From an uncultured Actinomycetes bacterium (GTDB lineage Bacteria > Actinomycetota > Thermoleophilia > Gaiellales > JAICJC01), in NCBI GenBank assembly GCA_963727235.1, contig CAVSFZ010000009.1, forward strand, positions 179,328 through 243,327: 64,000 nt of DNA. Reading direction: 5' to 3'. Positions within the stretch are counted from its first letter, which is position 1. Each line of letters opens with the position of its first letter. The translations under genes and the position numbers were made by a program. Below the pieces are notes generated by a model. That model was not told the DNA's origin, did not search any database, and was given only the letters and a program-made list of their open reading frames with translations. Below, in pieces: positions 8,903 through 18,376 of this stretch.

Positions 8903-10075
8903 ATGAGCGGGGCTGTGGATACCGCGGTTGTGGGGGCAGGCCTGATGGGGCTGGCAACCGCACATGCGCTGTGCCGGGACCGGCAGGGCCGCGTGGCGGT
9001 CTTCGATCGCGGCCTGCCGGGCGGCGGCGATTCGGGGCGATCGTTCTCGATGGTGCGCCGCCACTACTCCAACGACGTCACCGCCCGATTGGCGATGGCG
9101 GGCACCGACACGATCATCGACTGGGCCGACCGGGTCGGCGGGGGCGACTCGGGGTACGTTGGATGTGGCTACCTGCTGACGGTCCCCGAGCGCCTCGAAG
9201 CGGCTTGCCGGGGCAACGTCGAGCGTCTGCAGCACCTCGGCCTGGACACGCGCTTTCTCAGCACGGATGAGATCCCCGATGTCGAGCCGCAGCTGTCGCT
9301 GGAGGGGATCGCCGGCGCGGCCTACGAGCCGGCCGGCGGATTCGCCGACGCGCAGAAGATGTGCCTGAGCTGGTTTGCCGCTGCCAGCGCCAACGGGCTC
9401 GAGCAGCAGCTCGGAAACGGCGTGAGGGCGATCCGGGTCGACGGCGGACGGGTGACCGGGCTTGAAACCGACCAGGGGTTCGTGCCGGCGGGAACGGTCG
9501 TGCTGGCCACCGGCGCGTGGGCGAACGATCTCCTGCGCCCCGTGGGCGCCGGTCAGCCGATCGAGCTGCGGCGGCTGCAGGTCGCAGTGGCAGGGCGTAA
9601 ACCGGGCGCGCCCCTGCCGTCGGCCGTCTGTTCAGATGCCGTCACCAATGTGGTGGTGCGACCCGATCGCGGGCGTACATTCTGCGCGGTGGCCTACGCC
9701 GGTGAGGACGTGCTGGAGCGCGCCGACGACTGTGATCACAGGCTGTCGGCGGGGTACGAGACGGCGCTGCGAGCCGGACTGGGTGAACGCTATCCGGGGC
9801 TCTCGGGGTTCGAGTTGCTGCGCGGCTGGGCGGGGCCGTACGACGTGACTCCCGACTGGAACCCGATCATGGGACCGTGCCCGGGGGTGGACGGCCTGTA
9901 TCTCGCCCTGGGATGGAGCGGGCATGGTTTCAAGCTGGCGCCCGCGGTGGGTGAGGTGGTCGCGGCGGAGGTGACCGGCCGCACTCCGCCGATCGATGTC
10001 AGCGAGCTCCGCCCGGAGCGGTTCGCCCAAGGCCGGCTGTTGCGGCTGGCCTACGGCCCCGGAGCGAGGGCCTGA
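8903..10075 (+). CDS. FAD-dependent oxidoreductase (DAO/sarcosine oxidase beta-like)
   Basis: VVGAGLMG, SGRSFSMVRRHY, WAGPYDVTPDWNPIMG, GWSGHGFKLAPAVG. Confidence 0.9.
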   Translation: MSGAVDTAVVGAGLMGLATAHALCRDRQGRVAVFDRGLPGGGDSGRSFSMVRRHYSNDVTARLAMAGTDTIIDWADRVGGGDSGYVGCGYLLTVPERLEAACRGNVERLQHLGLDTRFLSTDEIPDVEPQLSLEGIAGAAYEPAGGFADAQKMCLSWFAAASANGLEQQLGNGVRAIRVDGGRVTGLETDQGFVPAGTVVLATGAWANDLLRPVGAGQPIELRRLQVAVAGRKPGAPLPSAVCSDAVTNVVVRPDRGRTFCAVAYAGEDVLERADDCDHRLSAGYETALRAGLGERYPGLSGFELLRGWAGPYDVTPDWNPIMGPCPGVDGLYLALGWSGHGFKLAPAVGEVVAAEVTGRTPPIDVSELRPERFAQGRLLRLAYGPGARA

Positions 10076-11727
10076 CGGTAGCGGGCCACGGCATCGGCAT
10101 CATCGCCGGCTGACTCGCCCGCCTGCTCGGCGTCGCGCAGACGCAGGTAGGACTCGAGCTCCTCGGCCCCACGGGTCTCCGACCAGCCCAGCACCGGGGC
10201 CACGAGCGAAACCACGGCTGCGGCCGCCGTACGTCCGCGGTCGGCGACCTCGATCGCGATCCGTGTGCGCCGGTCGAGGATGTCGTCGAGCGTGAGCGCC
10301 CCCTGATGCGTGCAGGCATAGACGGCCTCGGCGGCGGGATAGCTCTCCGCCCCTGGAAGTGGAGCGGCCAGCCGCGGGTCGTCGGCGATCAGTTCGAACA
10401 GCCGCCCCGCCTGCGCTCCGTGGCGCTCCACCAGACGGGCGGCGTGGTCGCGGGACAACTCGGGTGGCGCACCCGCCGGGGAGCCGACGGCGCCGATCAA
10501 GGGCAGATCCTCTGTCCGCGACGACCGAACAGCGCGCCCGATACCCCGGACCGCCCGATCGACGGCGTCGCGGGCCATCACCCGATATGTCGTGTACTTC
10601 CCGCCGGCGATCACGGTCATCCCCGGCCGCGGGCCGAACAATCGGTGCTCTCGGGAAAGCCGGGTCGTGTCGGCCGTCCCCGCCGCCTTCACCAGCGGCC
10701 GAACACCCGCGAACACGCCGTGGATATCTCGTGGGGTGATGGGGTTGACCAGCACGCTGTTGACCTTCGCCAGGAGGTAGGAGACGTCCGCCCGGCTGGC
10801 GACCGGTTGCCCGGGATCCTCGCCCCACTCCGTGTCGGTGTCTCCCAGCAACCAGTGGTCGGCCCCCCAGGGTATGGCGTGAAAGATGCTCTTCTCGGTA
10901 CGCATGAAGAGCCCGCTTCGCATCGGGATACTCGATCGCGGTACGAGCACATGAACGCCCTTGGACACTCGCAGCTCGTTGTGGGGGCGTCCGGTCGCGA
11001 GCTCGAGCAGGTGGTCGGTCGCCGCCCCGACCGCCGCAACCACATGCCGGCACGTGATCTGGAGCGCGCCGCCGTCCAGCTCGTCGCGGGCCTGTACGCC
11101 GGTGACCCGGCCACTCTCGTCGGTCGCGAATCCCGTCACGCGTACGCGGGTGGCGACGGCCGCGCCGTTGGCGGCGGCGGTGCGAGCGACGTAGGCGACA
11201 TAGAGGGCGTCGTCCTCCTGCGCGTCATGGAAATGCACCGCTCCCACCAGGGAATCTGGCCGCAGCGCAGGGGCGGCGGCCAGCGCTGCACGCTGTGACA
11301 GGTGGCGGTGCCGCGGCAGGTGCTTGGCCCCGCCCATCGAGTCGTACAGGAGCAGGCCTGCCCCCATGTACGGCCGCTCCCAACCGCGGTGGGTGAGTGG
11401 GAACAGAAACGGCACCGGGTGTACCAGGTGCGGTGCGATCCTGGTCAGCAGAAGACGTCGCTCTCGCAGCGCCTCACGCACGAGCCCGAAGTCCCGCATC
11501 TCGAGGTAGCGCAGTCCGCCGTGTATCAGCTTGCTCGAGCGGCTGGAGGTGCCCCCAGCCAGGTCGCGGGACTCCACGAGAGCCACCGACAGCCCGCGGG
11601 AGGCGGCGTCCAGGGCGATTCCCACGCCCGTGATCCCGCCTCCGATCACAAGCACGTCGAACTCCTGGGTGCGCATCCGCGCGAGCGACTCCGACCGGGT
11701 GGTGGGATTCAGCGCCCCGTCGGTCAT
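10051..11727 (-). CDS. glpD: FAD-dependent glycerol-3-phosphate dehydrogenase/oxidase
   Basis: DVLVIGGGITG, GTSSRSSKLIHGGLRYLE, AGVRPL, GGKYTTYRVMA. Confidence 0.88.
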   Translation of the reverse strand: MTDGALNPTTRSESLARMRTQEFDVLVIGGGITGVGIALDAASRGLSVALVESRDLAGGTSSRSSKLIHGGLRYLEMRDFGLVREALRERRLLLTRIAPHLVHPVPFLFPLTHRGWERPYMGAGLLLYDSMGGAKHLPRHRHLSQRAALAAAPALRPDSLVGAVHFHDAQEDDALYVAYVARTAAANGAAVATRVRVTGFATDESGRVTGVQARDELDGGALQITCRHVVAAVGAATDHLLELATGRPHNELRVSKGVHVLVPRSSIPMRSGLFMRTEKSIFHAIPWGADHWLLGDTDTEWGEDPGQPVASRADVSYLLAKVNSVLVNPITPRDIHGVFAGVRPLVKAAGTADTTRLSREHRLFGPRPGMTVIAGGKYTTYRVMARDAVDRAVRGIGRAVRSSRTEDLPLIGAVGSPAGAPPELSRDHAARLVERHGAQAGRLFELIADDPRLAAPLPGAESYPAAEAVYACTHQGALTLDDILDRRTRIAIEVADRGRTAAAAVVSLVAPVLGWSETRGAEELESYLRLRDAEQAGESAGDDADAVARYRQALAPGP

Positions 11728-13196
11728 GCGGTCGCTGCCGATGCGATGTGGACGGCAACGGCCTCCCTCCACCGCTCCCGTTCGCGTTCCCGTGCGCGGG
11801 CGGAGAGCATTGGCGTCACCGTCCGGCCAACCGCGTGCGACTGCTCGCCGCTTTCTACGCCGGCGCTTCGAGCCGCCATCGCGGCGATGCCGCGGGCGGT
11901 CGCCTCGAGGTCAGCCGCCACCTCGAACCGTACTCCGGAGAGGTCGGCGACCGTCTGCAGAAACGGCTCGCTCGCTGCCAGACCGCCGCCGACCCGGACG
12001 GTCTCGCCGGAACGCTGGGCGTCGAGGGCCTCGATCGCGTCGACGATCTGGTGGGCCACGCCGGCCAGCGCCGCCGAGGCCAGGTCGGCCGGGGTTGTCG
12101 CGCTGCTCATCCCGAGCACCGTGATCCGATCGGCCGGGTGCCAGTGGGGTGTGGCCAGGCCAGAGGGCGCAGGCACGACCACGGGCCGCGCCCGCGTCCA
12201 GTCCGGGACCGCCGCCGTGTCTCCTTCCGGGGTCAATCCCACCCGGCGCACCACTGCCAGCGCGTTTCCGGCATTCGCGCAAAATGCCTCCAGGGCGTAC
12301 GCACGCCCCTCTCCGGCCGAATCCCACGCAACCGTCGCAAGTACTCCTGCCGGCGGGTCGGGCCGCTCGGGGCCGGCGTTCTGCCACACGAAGGCCCCCG
12401 TGCCGAGGGTGAGCGCAGTCTCACCGGCCGTTGTGCATCCCTGGCCGTACAGCGCCGCCGGCTGGTCGCCCAGCATCGCTGCGATCGGCGCATCGACTCC
12501 GGTCACTCCCTGGTCGGTGCGCAAACCGGAATCGTCCGACGCGCGGATCTCGGGCAGCAGCACCCGCGGCACGCCGAACAGGTCGAGCAGCCGATCGTCC
12601 CAGTCGAGCGTGTCGAGGTTGACGAGCAGCGTGCGGCTGGCGTTGGAAGGCTCAGTGACGTGGCCCGCACCGCCGCTGAGCTTCCACGACAGCCAGCAGG
12701 CCACGTCGCCGAAGAGCAGCTCGCCGGCCTCGGCCCGCCGGCGCAGCTGCGGGTCACGGTCGCACAGCCACGCAAGCTTCGGCGCCGAGAATGTGGGATC
12801 GAGCCCCAGACCGGTGACCGCCGGTACCAGCTCCGCTCCGGAGCGGCGTGCCAGCGCCGCACAGAGCTCGCCTGCCCGCTGATCCTGCCAGCTCACCACC
12901 GGGGTTACCGCCTCGCCGGTCGCTCTGTCCCAGAGCACGAACGTCTCGGTCTGGTTGGCGATCCCCAGCGCAGCCACGGGCGCCCAGCCGCACTCCTCGC
13001 GAGCCGCCGCGACGGCCGAGAGCACCCCATGGAAGAGCTCCTCGGGGTCGTGCTCCACCATTCCCGGCCCGGGCCGGGCTGTGACAACCGGGGAGCTGCC
13101 TGAGGCGATCGGCCGCAGCCGCAGGTCGTAGGCCACACAGCGGGTGCTCGAGCTGCCCTGGTCGAGGGCGAGCACAACGGGCGATTGCGCGGGCAT
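11724..13196 (-). CDS. FGGY carbohydrate kinase, glycerol kinase-like
   Basis: LALDQGSSSTR, GIANQTET, SWQDQR, TGL..DPTFSAPKLAWL, SNASRTLL, GDQPAALYGQ, LGTGAF; C-terminal half divergent. Confidence 0.85.
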   Translation of the reverse strand: MPAQSPVVLALDQGSSSTRCVAYDLRLRPIASGSSPVVTARPGPGMVEHDPEELFHGVLSAVAAAREECGWAPVAALGIANQTETFVLWDRATGEAVTPVVSWQDQRAGELCAALARRSGAELVPAVTGLGLDPTFSAPKLAWLCDRDPQLRRRAEAGELLFGDVACWLSWKLSGGAGHVTEPSNASRTLLVNLDTLDWDDRLLDLFGVPRVLLPEIRASDDSGLRTDQGVTGVDAPIAAMLGDQPAALYGQGCTTAGETALTLGTGAFVWQNAGPERPDPPAGVLATVAWDSAGEGRAYALEAFCANAGNALAVVRRVGLTPEGDTAAVPDWTRARPVVVPAPSGLATPHWHPADRITVLGMSSATTPADLASAALAGVAHQIVDAIEALDAQRSGETVRVGGGLAASEPFLQTVADLSGVRFEVAADLEATARGIAAMAARSAGVESGEQSHAVGRTVTPMLSARARERERERWREAVAVHIASAATA

Positions 13197-13407
13197 CAAC
13201 GACTCCGCGGCTACGGCTTCGGTGGTACGCGGGGCGCCCGTGCGGCTGCCACTCGCCGCCAGCGAGACTGCGATCGGGCGACGCAACAGGACTGCCCGAG
13301 CATGCACAGCATGCGATCAGCGGCGCGCACAGCGTTCGCAATCCTCTCCACGCCGGTCATCATAGGCTGTCAGCACATTGCCGGTGGGAAACACGGCCGT
13401 GAAACGA

Positions 13408-13437
13408 CAGAAACCCCCGCAATTGCGGAGGTTTCTG
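13408..13437. terminator. palindromic hairpin (terminator/REP-like), copy 1
   Basis: CAGAAACCCCCGC-AATT-GCGGAGGTTTCTG, downstream of the SSADH gene; 27/30 identical to 56353-56382. Confidence 0.7.
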
Positions 13438-13462
13438 ACGAACCTGAGGCGTGTGGCGGCGG

Positions 13463-14833
13463 TCAGCCGACGCGGATCATCTTCTTGTTGACGAACTCGT
13501 CGGCACCGAACCGACCCAGCTCGCGGCCCGAACCGGATCGCTTGATGCCACCGAAGGGAAGCTCGGCGCCGTCCGCCCCGACGAGGTTCACGAACACCAT
13601 TCCGGTGTCCAGCTTGTCGGCGATCCGCAGCGCCTGCTCCTCGTCCTCGGTGAACACGTACGAGCCGAGACCGTAGGGTGTGTCGTTGGCAAGCTTGACC
13701 GCCTCGTCCTCCGACCCCACCTTGTACACGGCGGCCACAGGGCCGAACAGCTCCTCGCGACCTGCATCGTTGTCGGGAGTGATGTCAGTCAGCACGGTGG
13801 GTGGGAAGAACGCGCCGTCGCGTTCGCCGCCACCGGCCGCGACCTTGGCTCCGCCGGCAACCACCCGCTTCAGCTGGCCCTCCAGCCGCTCGGCCGCAGC
13901 GACCGATGACAGGGGGCCGAGGAACGCATCCTCGGCACTGGGATCACCGGGCTGTGACGCGGTCATCGCTGCGGTGAACTTCTCCAGGAACGGCTCGTAC
14001 AGCTCGTCGATGACGATGAACCGCTTGGCCGCGTTGCAGGCCTGGCCGGTGTTGTCGAGGCGGGCCGAGACGGCCGACTCAACGGTCGCATCCAGGTCGG
14101 AGGTGCTCAACAGGATGAACGGATCAGAGCCGCCCAGTTCCAGCACGACCTTCTTCAGATGGCGGCCGGCGATCTCGGCCACCGCAGCCCCGGCCCGCTC
14201 AGAGCCGGTCAGCGAGACGCCCTGCACGCGCGAGTCGGCGATCACGCCGGCGATCTGGTCGTTGGTGGCGTAGATGTTGACGTAGGCGCCCTGGGGGAAG
14301 CCGGCGTCGAGGTACATCTGCTGCAGCGCCTCGGCCGACTCGGGGCACTGGGGTGCGTGCTTGAGCAGGATCGTGTTTCCGATCACCAGGTTGGGGCCGG
14401 CGAACCGGGCGACCTGGTAGTAGGGGAAGTTCCACGGCATGATGCCAAGCAGCACGCCCAGCGAGTCGCGCCGGATCAGCGCCGACCCCTCGCCGGCGAG
14501 CAGCTTGATCGGCTCGTCCTTCATCAGATCTTCGGCGTTATCGGCGTAGTACGAGTAGATGTCGGTGCAGAAGTCGATCTCGCCGAGGGCCTGATCGGTG
14601 GGCTTGCCCATCTCCCGCACGATGATCGCGGCGAGCTCGTCGCGGCGCTCGGCGTGGAGCTCGCCCACCCGGCGCACGAGCGCAGCGCGCTCCGCCACGG
14701 TGGTTGATTTCGACCATCCCCGGTGCGCCTCGTCGGCCAGCGCAATCGCTGCCTCGAGCTCTGCGTCGGTGATGGTGGGATAGGTCTTGGCGGTCTCCCC
14801 GGTTGCCGGGTTGATGACTGCGTAATCGCTCAT
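13463..14833 (-). CDS. NAD(P)-dependent succinate-semialdehyde dehydrogenase family aldehyde dehydrogenase
   Basis: IMPWNFP, LKHAPQCP, LTGSERAG, LELGGSDP, GQACNAAKR, EELFGP. Confidence 0.9.
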   Translation of the reverse strand: MSDYAVINPATGETAKTYPTITDAELEAAIALADEAHRGWSKSTTVAERAALVRRVGELHAERRDELAAIIVREMGKPTDQALGEIDFCTDIYSYYADNAEDLMKDEPIKLLAGEGSALIRRDSLGVLLGIMPWNFPYYQVARFAGPNLVIGNTILLKHAPQCPESAEALQQMYLDAGFPQGAYVNIYATNDQIAGVIADSRVQGVSLTGSERAGAAVAEIAGRHLKKVVLELGGSDPFILLSTSDLDATVESAVSARLDNTGQACNAAKRFIVIDELYEPFLEKFTAAMTASQPGDPSAEDAFLGPLSSVAAAERLEGQLKRVVAGGAKVAAGGGERDGAFFPPTVLTDITPDNDAGREELFGPVAAVYKVGSEDEAVKLANDTPYGLGSYVFTEDEEQALRIADKLDTGMVFVNLVGADGAELPFGGIKRSGSGRELGRFGADEFVNKKMIRVG

Positions 14834-15109
14834 CTCACTCCTTCATTCGCGTTACCAACGTGGTCCAGAAACCGGTGGGGCAATCCGGCCATCGCATTCT
14901 ATTCACACAGCGCAAGATCCGCCTCGGCCGGGTCGGGAGAACGACCAGCAACGCGGACGTCCACCATCCACTCCCGCGGGTTTGCGGGCTTCCCGCGTTC
15001 CCCGGCGGTTTGGATGCGGGCTTACCACGAGGGCAGCCCAGCGTGTGCGCGGATGCCGCCGACGCGGAAATCTCCCAAGCTTGAGAAGACCCACGACAAG
15101 GAGCTTTCG

Positions 15110-15565
15110 ATGCGGATTCGTACACCACTGGCGCTGCTGGCTCTACCGACTCTTGCCGTCGCGCTCTCGGCCTGCGGCTCGAGCACCGCAGAGAACGCGG
15201 CCAACTCCGCCCCGGCCGCCTCCAAGACGCAGCTGGCCAGCTTGGTAATCAGCCACGCGAAGGTTGGTTGCCACAACTGGGCGCTCAACGGTGGCGCGAT
15301 GAAAGTCTCCCAGACCGTCTCGCTTACCCCCGGATCGACGCTCACGGTCACCGACCAGGACGTCATGGCGCACACGGTGGTGCAAACCGCGGGGCCGAAC
15401 GCCGTGATTCAGACTCCCCTCACCAACCAGACCCAGGCTGCAACCCTGAGATTCACTCACCCAGGCACCTATAGGTTCACCACCCACGCGGGCGAGGACT
15501 ACACCGCCGGCGTCACCACCACCGGCGAAGACCACATGCTGCGACTGACGGTGATCGTCTCCTAA
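15110..15565 (+). CDS. lipoprotein with cupredoxin-like fold
   Basis: Lipobox LSAC; DVMAHTV and F.HPGTYRF...LRLTVIV pattern; RBS AAGGAG upstream. Confidence 0.65.
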   Translation: MRIRTPLALLALPTLAVALSACGSSTAENAANSAPAASKTQLASLVISHAKVGCHNWALNGGAMKVSQTVSLTPGSTLTVTDQDVMAHTVVQTAGPNAVIQTPLTNQTQAATLRFTHPGTYRFTTHAGEDYTAGVTTTGEDHMLRLTVIVS

Positions 15566-15604
15566 ACCGTGGCAGCTTTCGGCCTTGAGTTCGCCCGGCC
15601 GGGT

Positions 15605-16993
15605 TTAGCGAACGACCAAGAACGCGTCCACGTCGATCAGCGGGTGGTTCGTGGTACCCGCGCACACCACCTTGATGGTGTGCCGCCCGCCGTTGGCGAA
15701 CGACCGCGTGAACACCACTCGCCGCCGCACCGTGGTCTTCGCGTAGGTGTTCACGGTCGCCACCTGCTTGCCGTCGATCAGCACCTTGGCGACGCCGCGG
15801 TTGGCCGCCTTGGACGCCACCCAGGTGACCTCGCGCCCGGTGAAGGTGAGGCTCGCCGAAGCGTTCGCAGCGGATGTCGAGCGGATGCTTCCGCCGTAGG
15901 TGCCGGAGACGTTCGACGCGCTCCACCTGCCGGTGTAATGGATCGACGTGCTGCCGTTCTGGAAGGCCGAGAGCACCGATGAAGGGCCGCGCGCGTAGCT
16001 CGACTGGTTGCCGGCACAGTCGGTCGCGGCCACCTGGAACTGGTGGGTGGCCGCTCCAGGCGTAATCTGGGGCGTGCCGTACAGCGTCAACGGCGTGGCC
16101 AGCTTGACCGCCTGGTACGGCTCACCTGCCACGCTCTGCTGGAGTGAGTACGAGCAGATGCCGCTCGCATCGGTGGCTGCGAACCCGACGTGAGTGGGGA
16201 CCGCTCTGGCCGCCAGCGTCGCCCCGAGCGGAACGATCATCTTGGGCGCTTGGGTGACGGTCGGGTCGGTGCCGTCGGTCTGGGCGGCGGAGCTGCTGAT
16301 GGTGATGTAGTCGATGTCACCGGTGTAGTAATCACACGAGGTTGTGACCTGATCGCAGTCGAGCTTGCCGCCGATGGTGAGCGGCCGGGTGTTGGAGATC
16401 GTGCCGGTGTTGCCCGAGGCGCTGGCCACGACATCCCCGTCGACCGTCAGCGAGATGCTGTTTGCGCTGCGGCTGCAGGTGACGATGTGCCAGTTCCCGT
16501 CGCTCAGCACGGTCGGCGACTGCACCGCCTTGCGTTTGAGGGTGCCGTTGACCAGGCCGCGGAACGTGCATTTGATCTGGCCGTTCGGATTCTCGACCTT
16601 CCAGTAGCCGGTGGTCGATCCCGCCTGCCCCTTCTGCACGATGTTTCCGAAATTCTGGGTGGTGCGATACCGGACCGTCACCGCATAGTCCCCGGCCCCC
16701 GGGTTCAGCTTCGCGTCATTGGCGACCTGCACCAGCCGCTCGGGCTTCGGCGGCGGAGCGGTGGGACTCACAAACGCCCACCGGTACCCCACCGCGCCGT
16801 TGGCCGACACGCCGGTTGTCAAACCTGATCCGATCAGCCCGTCCAGATGATTCGGACCGCTGTCGACCATCGTGTTGGCACCCGGAGCCTCGTTCATCTC
16901 CCAGTCGGCCACAACCGCCGCTGAGGCCGGCGCGACGAACGCGACCCCCGCCACACCCAGCACCAAAACCGGCACGCCAAACCATTTACGCAT
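15605..16993 (-). CDS. secreted LamG/concanavalin-like domain protein
   Basis: Signal peptide (…APASA); VADWEMNE, DGNWHIVTC, LTVDG, PLTIGG, YTGDID; C-terminal beta-sandwich (TFTGREVTWV, VLIDGKQV). Confidence 0.8.
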   Translation of the reverse strand: MRKWFGVPVLVLGVAGVAFVAPASAAVVADWEMNEAPGANTMVDSGPNHLDGLIGSGLTTGVSANGAVGYRWAFVSPTAPPPKPERLVQVANDAKLNPGAGDYAVTVRYRTTQNFGNIVQKGQAGSTTGYWKVENPNGQIKCTFRGLVNGTLKRKAVQSPTVLSDGNWHIVTCSRSANSISLTVDGDVVASASGNTGTISNTRPLTIGGKLDCDQVTTSCDYYTGDIDYITISSSAAQTDGTDPTVTQAPKMIVPLGATLAARAVPTHVGFAATDASGICSYSLQQSVAGEPYQAVKLATPLTLYGTPQITPGAATHQFQVAATDCAGNQSSYARGPSSVLSAFQNGSTSIHYTGRWSASNVSGTYGGSIRSTSAANASASLTFTGREVTWVASKAANRGVAKVLIDGKQVATVNTYAKTTVRRRVVFTRSFANGGRHTIKVVCAGTTNHPLIDVDAFLVVR

Positions 16994-17083
16994 CCCCACG
17001 TCCCCCCGAAATCGCCTCCCAGCAAACCCCATAAACTGTACATCTGCGCGGCGAGAGATCAAGCCACCGCGCTGAGCCGCCGT

Positions 17084-18376
17084 CTACACCGTCCAGGGAT
17101 ATGTCTCGGGGAGCTCCTCCGCGTCCGCGGGAACGTTCGCCTCGAGCGGCAGCACCGCGGTCGTTTCGTCGATGTGGATGATCGCATCGAACTGCTGGGC
17201 CAACCGGCTGTGAAAGTAGTGCGACTGTCGCTCGGTCTGAGGCCTGTAGACGACGCCGATGGCCCGCTCCAGCCGCCAATCGTCAAGTCCATCCGTCCAC
17301 ACCAGGAATCGCGGCACCTTGGTGTTGTGGAACAGCTCCTCCCAACTCCCCGGAAGCCCCGCCTGCACCCGCTTGCGAGATGCAGGATCGCCCCAGTCAT
17401 TCGCTGCAGTGACGGTCCCGGAGTGCGTCGTGAAACCGACCAGCAGCGCCTCGCCGGGGTGGCGCTCGCGGACCAGCTGACCAAGTGTTAGCTCTCCAGA
17501 TCGACCGAGTTCGGTGCCGCGCGCATCGCCGACATGGGAGTTGTGCGCCCACACCGCCACCTTGGTCTGCCCGCTTGTGCGGCTGAGATGAGCGGTGAGC
17601 GCGTCGAGCGTATCGGCCATGTGGGTGTCGCGGAGATTCCAGCTCCCCACTCCGGCGCGAAACGCGGACCGGTAGTAGCGCTCCGCGTTTGTCACGAGCC
17701 GAGCGTTTTGCTCAGCACAGAACTGGCGATCCTCGTCAATCAACCCGTCGAGGCTCCCGAACCGCCGCCGTTGGAGCTCGAGCAACTGCTCGACCACTTG
17801 ACGCTCGCACGGCTCGGCCCCCCCGAGCGACGTCTCGTACGCGTACACCTGAGGGTCGGGTCCGAAGTGGTCGAAGCAGGCGTAGCGGCGCTTGGCCCGG
17901 ACGGCAGCCTCCGGGTCGACCTGCTCGAGGTAGGACACCACCGCCGCCATCGATGTGTGAAGGCTGTAGAGATCGAGGCCGTAGAACCCGACCTTCTGCG
18001 CGCCGGCGGGCAGGGAGTCGTTCCACTTCCGCAGCCAGGTGAGGAAATCGACCACGACGGTGTTGCGCCACATCCACGTCGGGAACCGGCGAAAGCCGGC
18101 CAGCGCGTCCTCCGCTCGGTGGTCCGAGCCGACCGCCCGGACAAAGCGGTTGGCCCGATATGCGTCCGGCCAGTCACCCTCAACCGCCACGGCGGTGACT
18201 CCGCACTCTTCGATCAGACGCCGGGTGATCGCGGCCCGCTCGCTGTAGAACTCATGGGTGCCGTGAGACGCCTCACCGATGAGCACGAATCGAGCAGACG
18301 CCGCTCGTCCCATCAGCCCGTCGTAGTCTGCCGACGTACCGGTGAGCGCTCGCATGAGTTCAGGCTGCGGCGCCAT
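17084..18376 (-). CDS. erythromycin esterase family protein
   Basis: LIGEASHGTHEFY, AVEGDWPDA, FPTWMWRN, WNLRDTHM, VWAHNSHVGDAR, ERAIGVVY. Confidence 0.92.
   Translation of the reverse strand: MAPQPELMRALTGTSADYDGLMGRAASARFVLIGEASHGTHEFYSERAAITRRLIEECGVTAVAVEGDWPDAYRANRFVRAVGSDHRAEDALAGFRRFPTWMWRNTVVVDFLTWLRKWNDSLPAGAQKVGFYGLDLYSLHTSMAAVVSYLEQVDPEAAVRAKRRYACFDHFGPDPQVYAYETSLGGAEPCERQVVEQLLELQRRRFGSLDGLIDEDRQFCAEQNARLVTNAERYYRSAFRAGVGSWNLRDTHMADTLDALTAHLSRTSGQTKVAVWAHNSHVGDARGTELGRSGELTLGQLVRERHPGEALLVGFTTHSGTVTAANDWGDPASRKRVQAGLPGSWEELFHNTKVPRFLVWTDGLDDWRLERAIGVVYRPQTERQSHYFHSRLAQQFDAIIHIDETTAVLPLEANVPADAEELPETYPWTV

Noticed and set aside
13210-13365. Small Cys-containing minus-strand ORF upstream of the kinase (possible leader peptide or RiPP precursor)
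   Set aside because: No RBS, no recognisable family, no modifying enzymes nearby.
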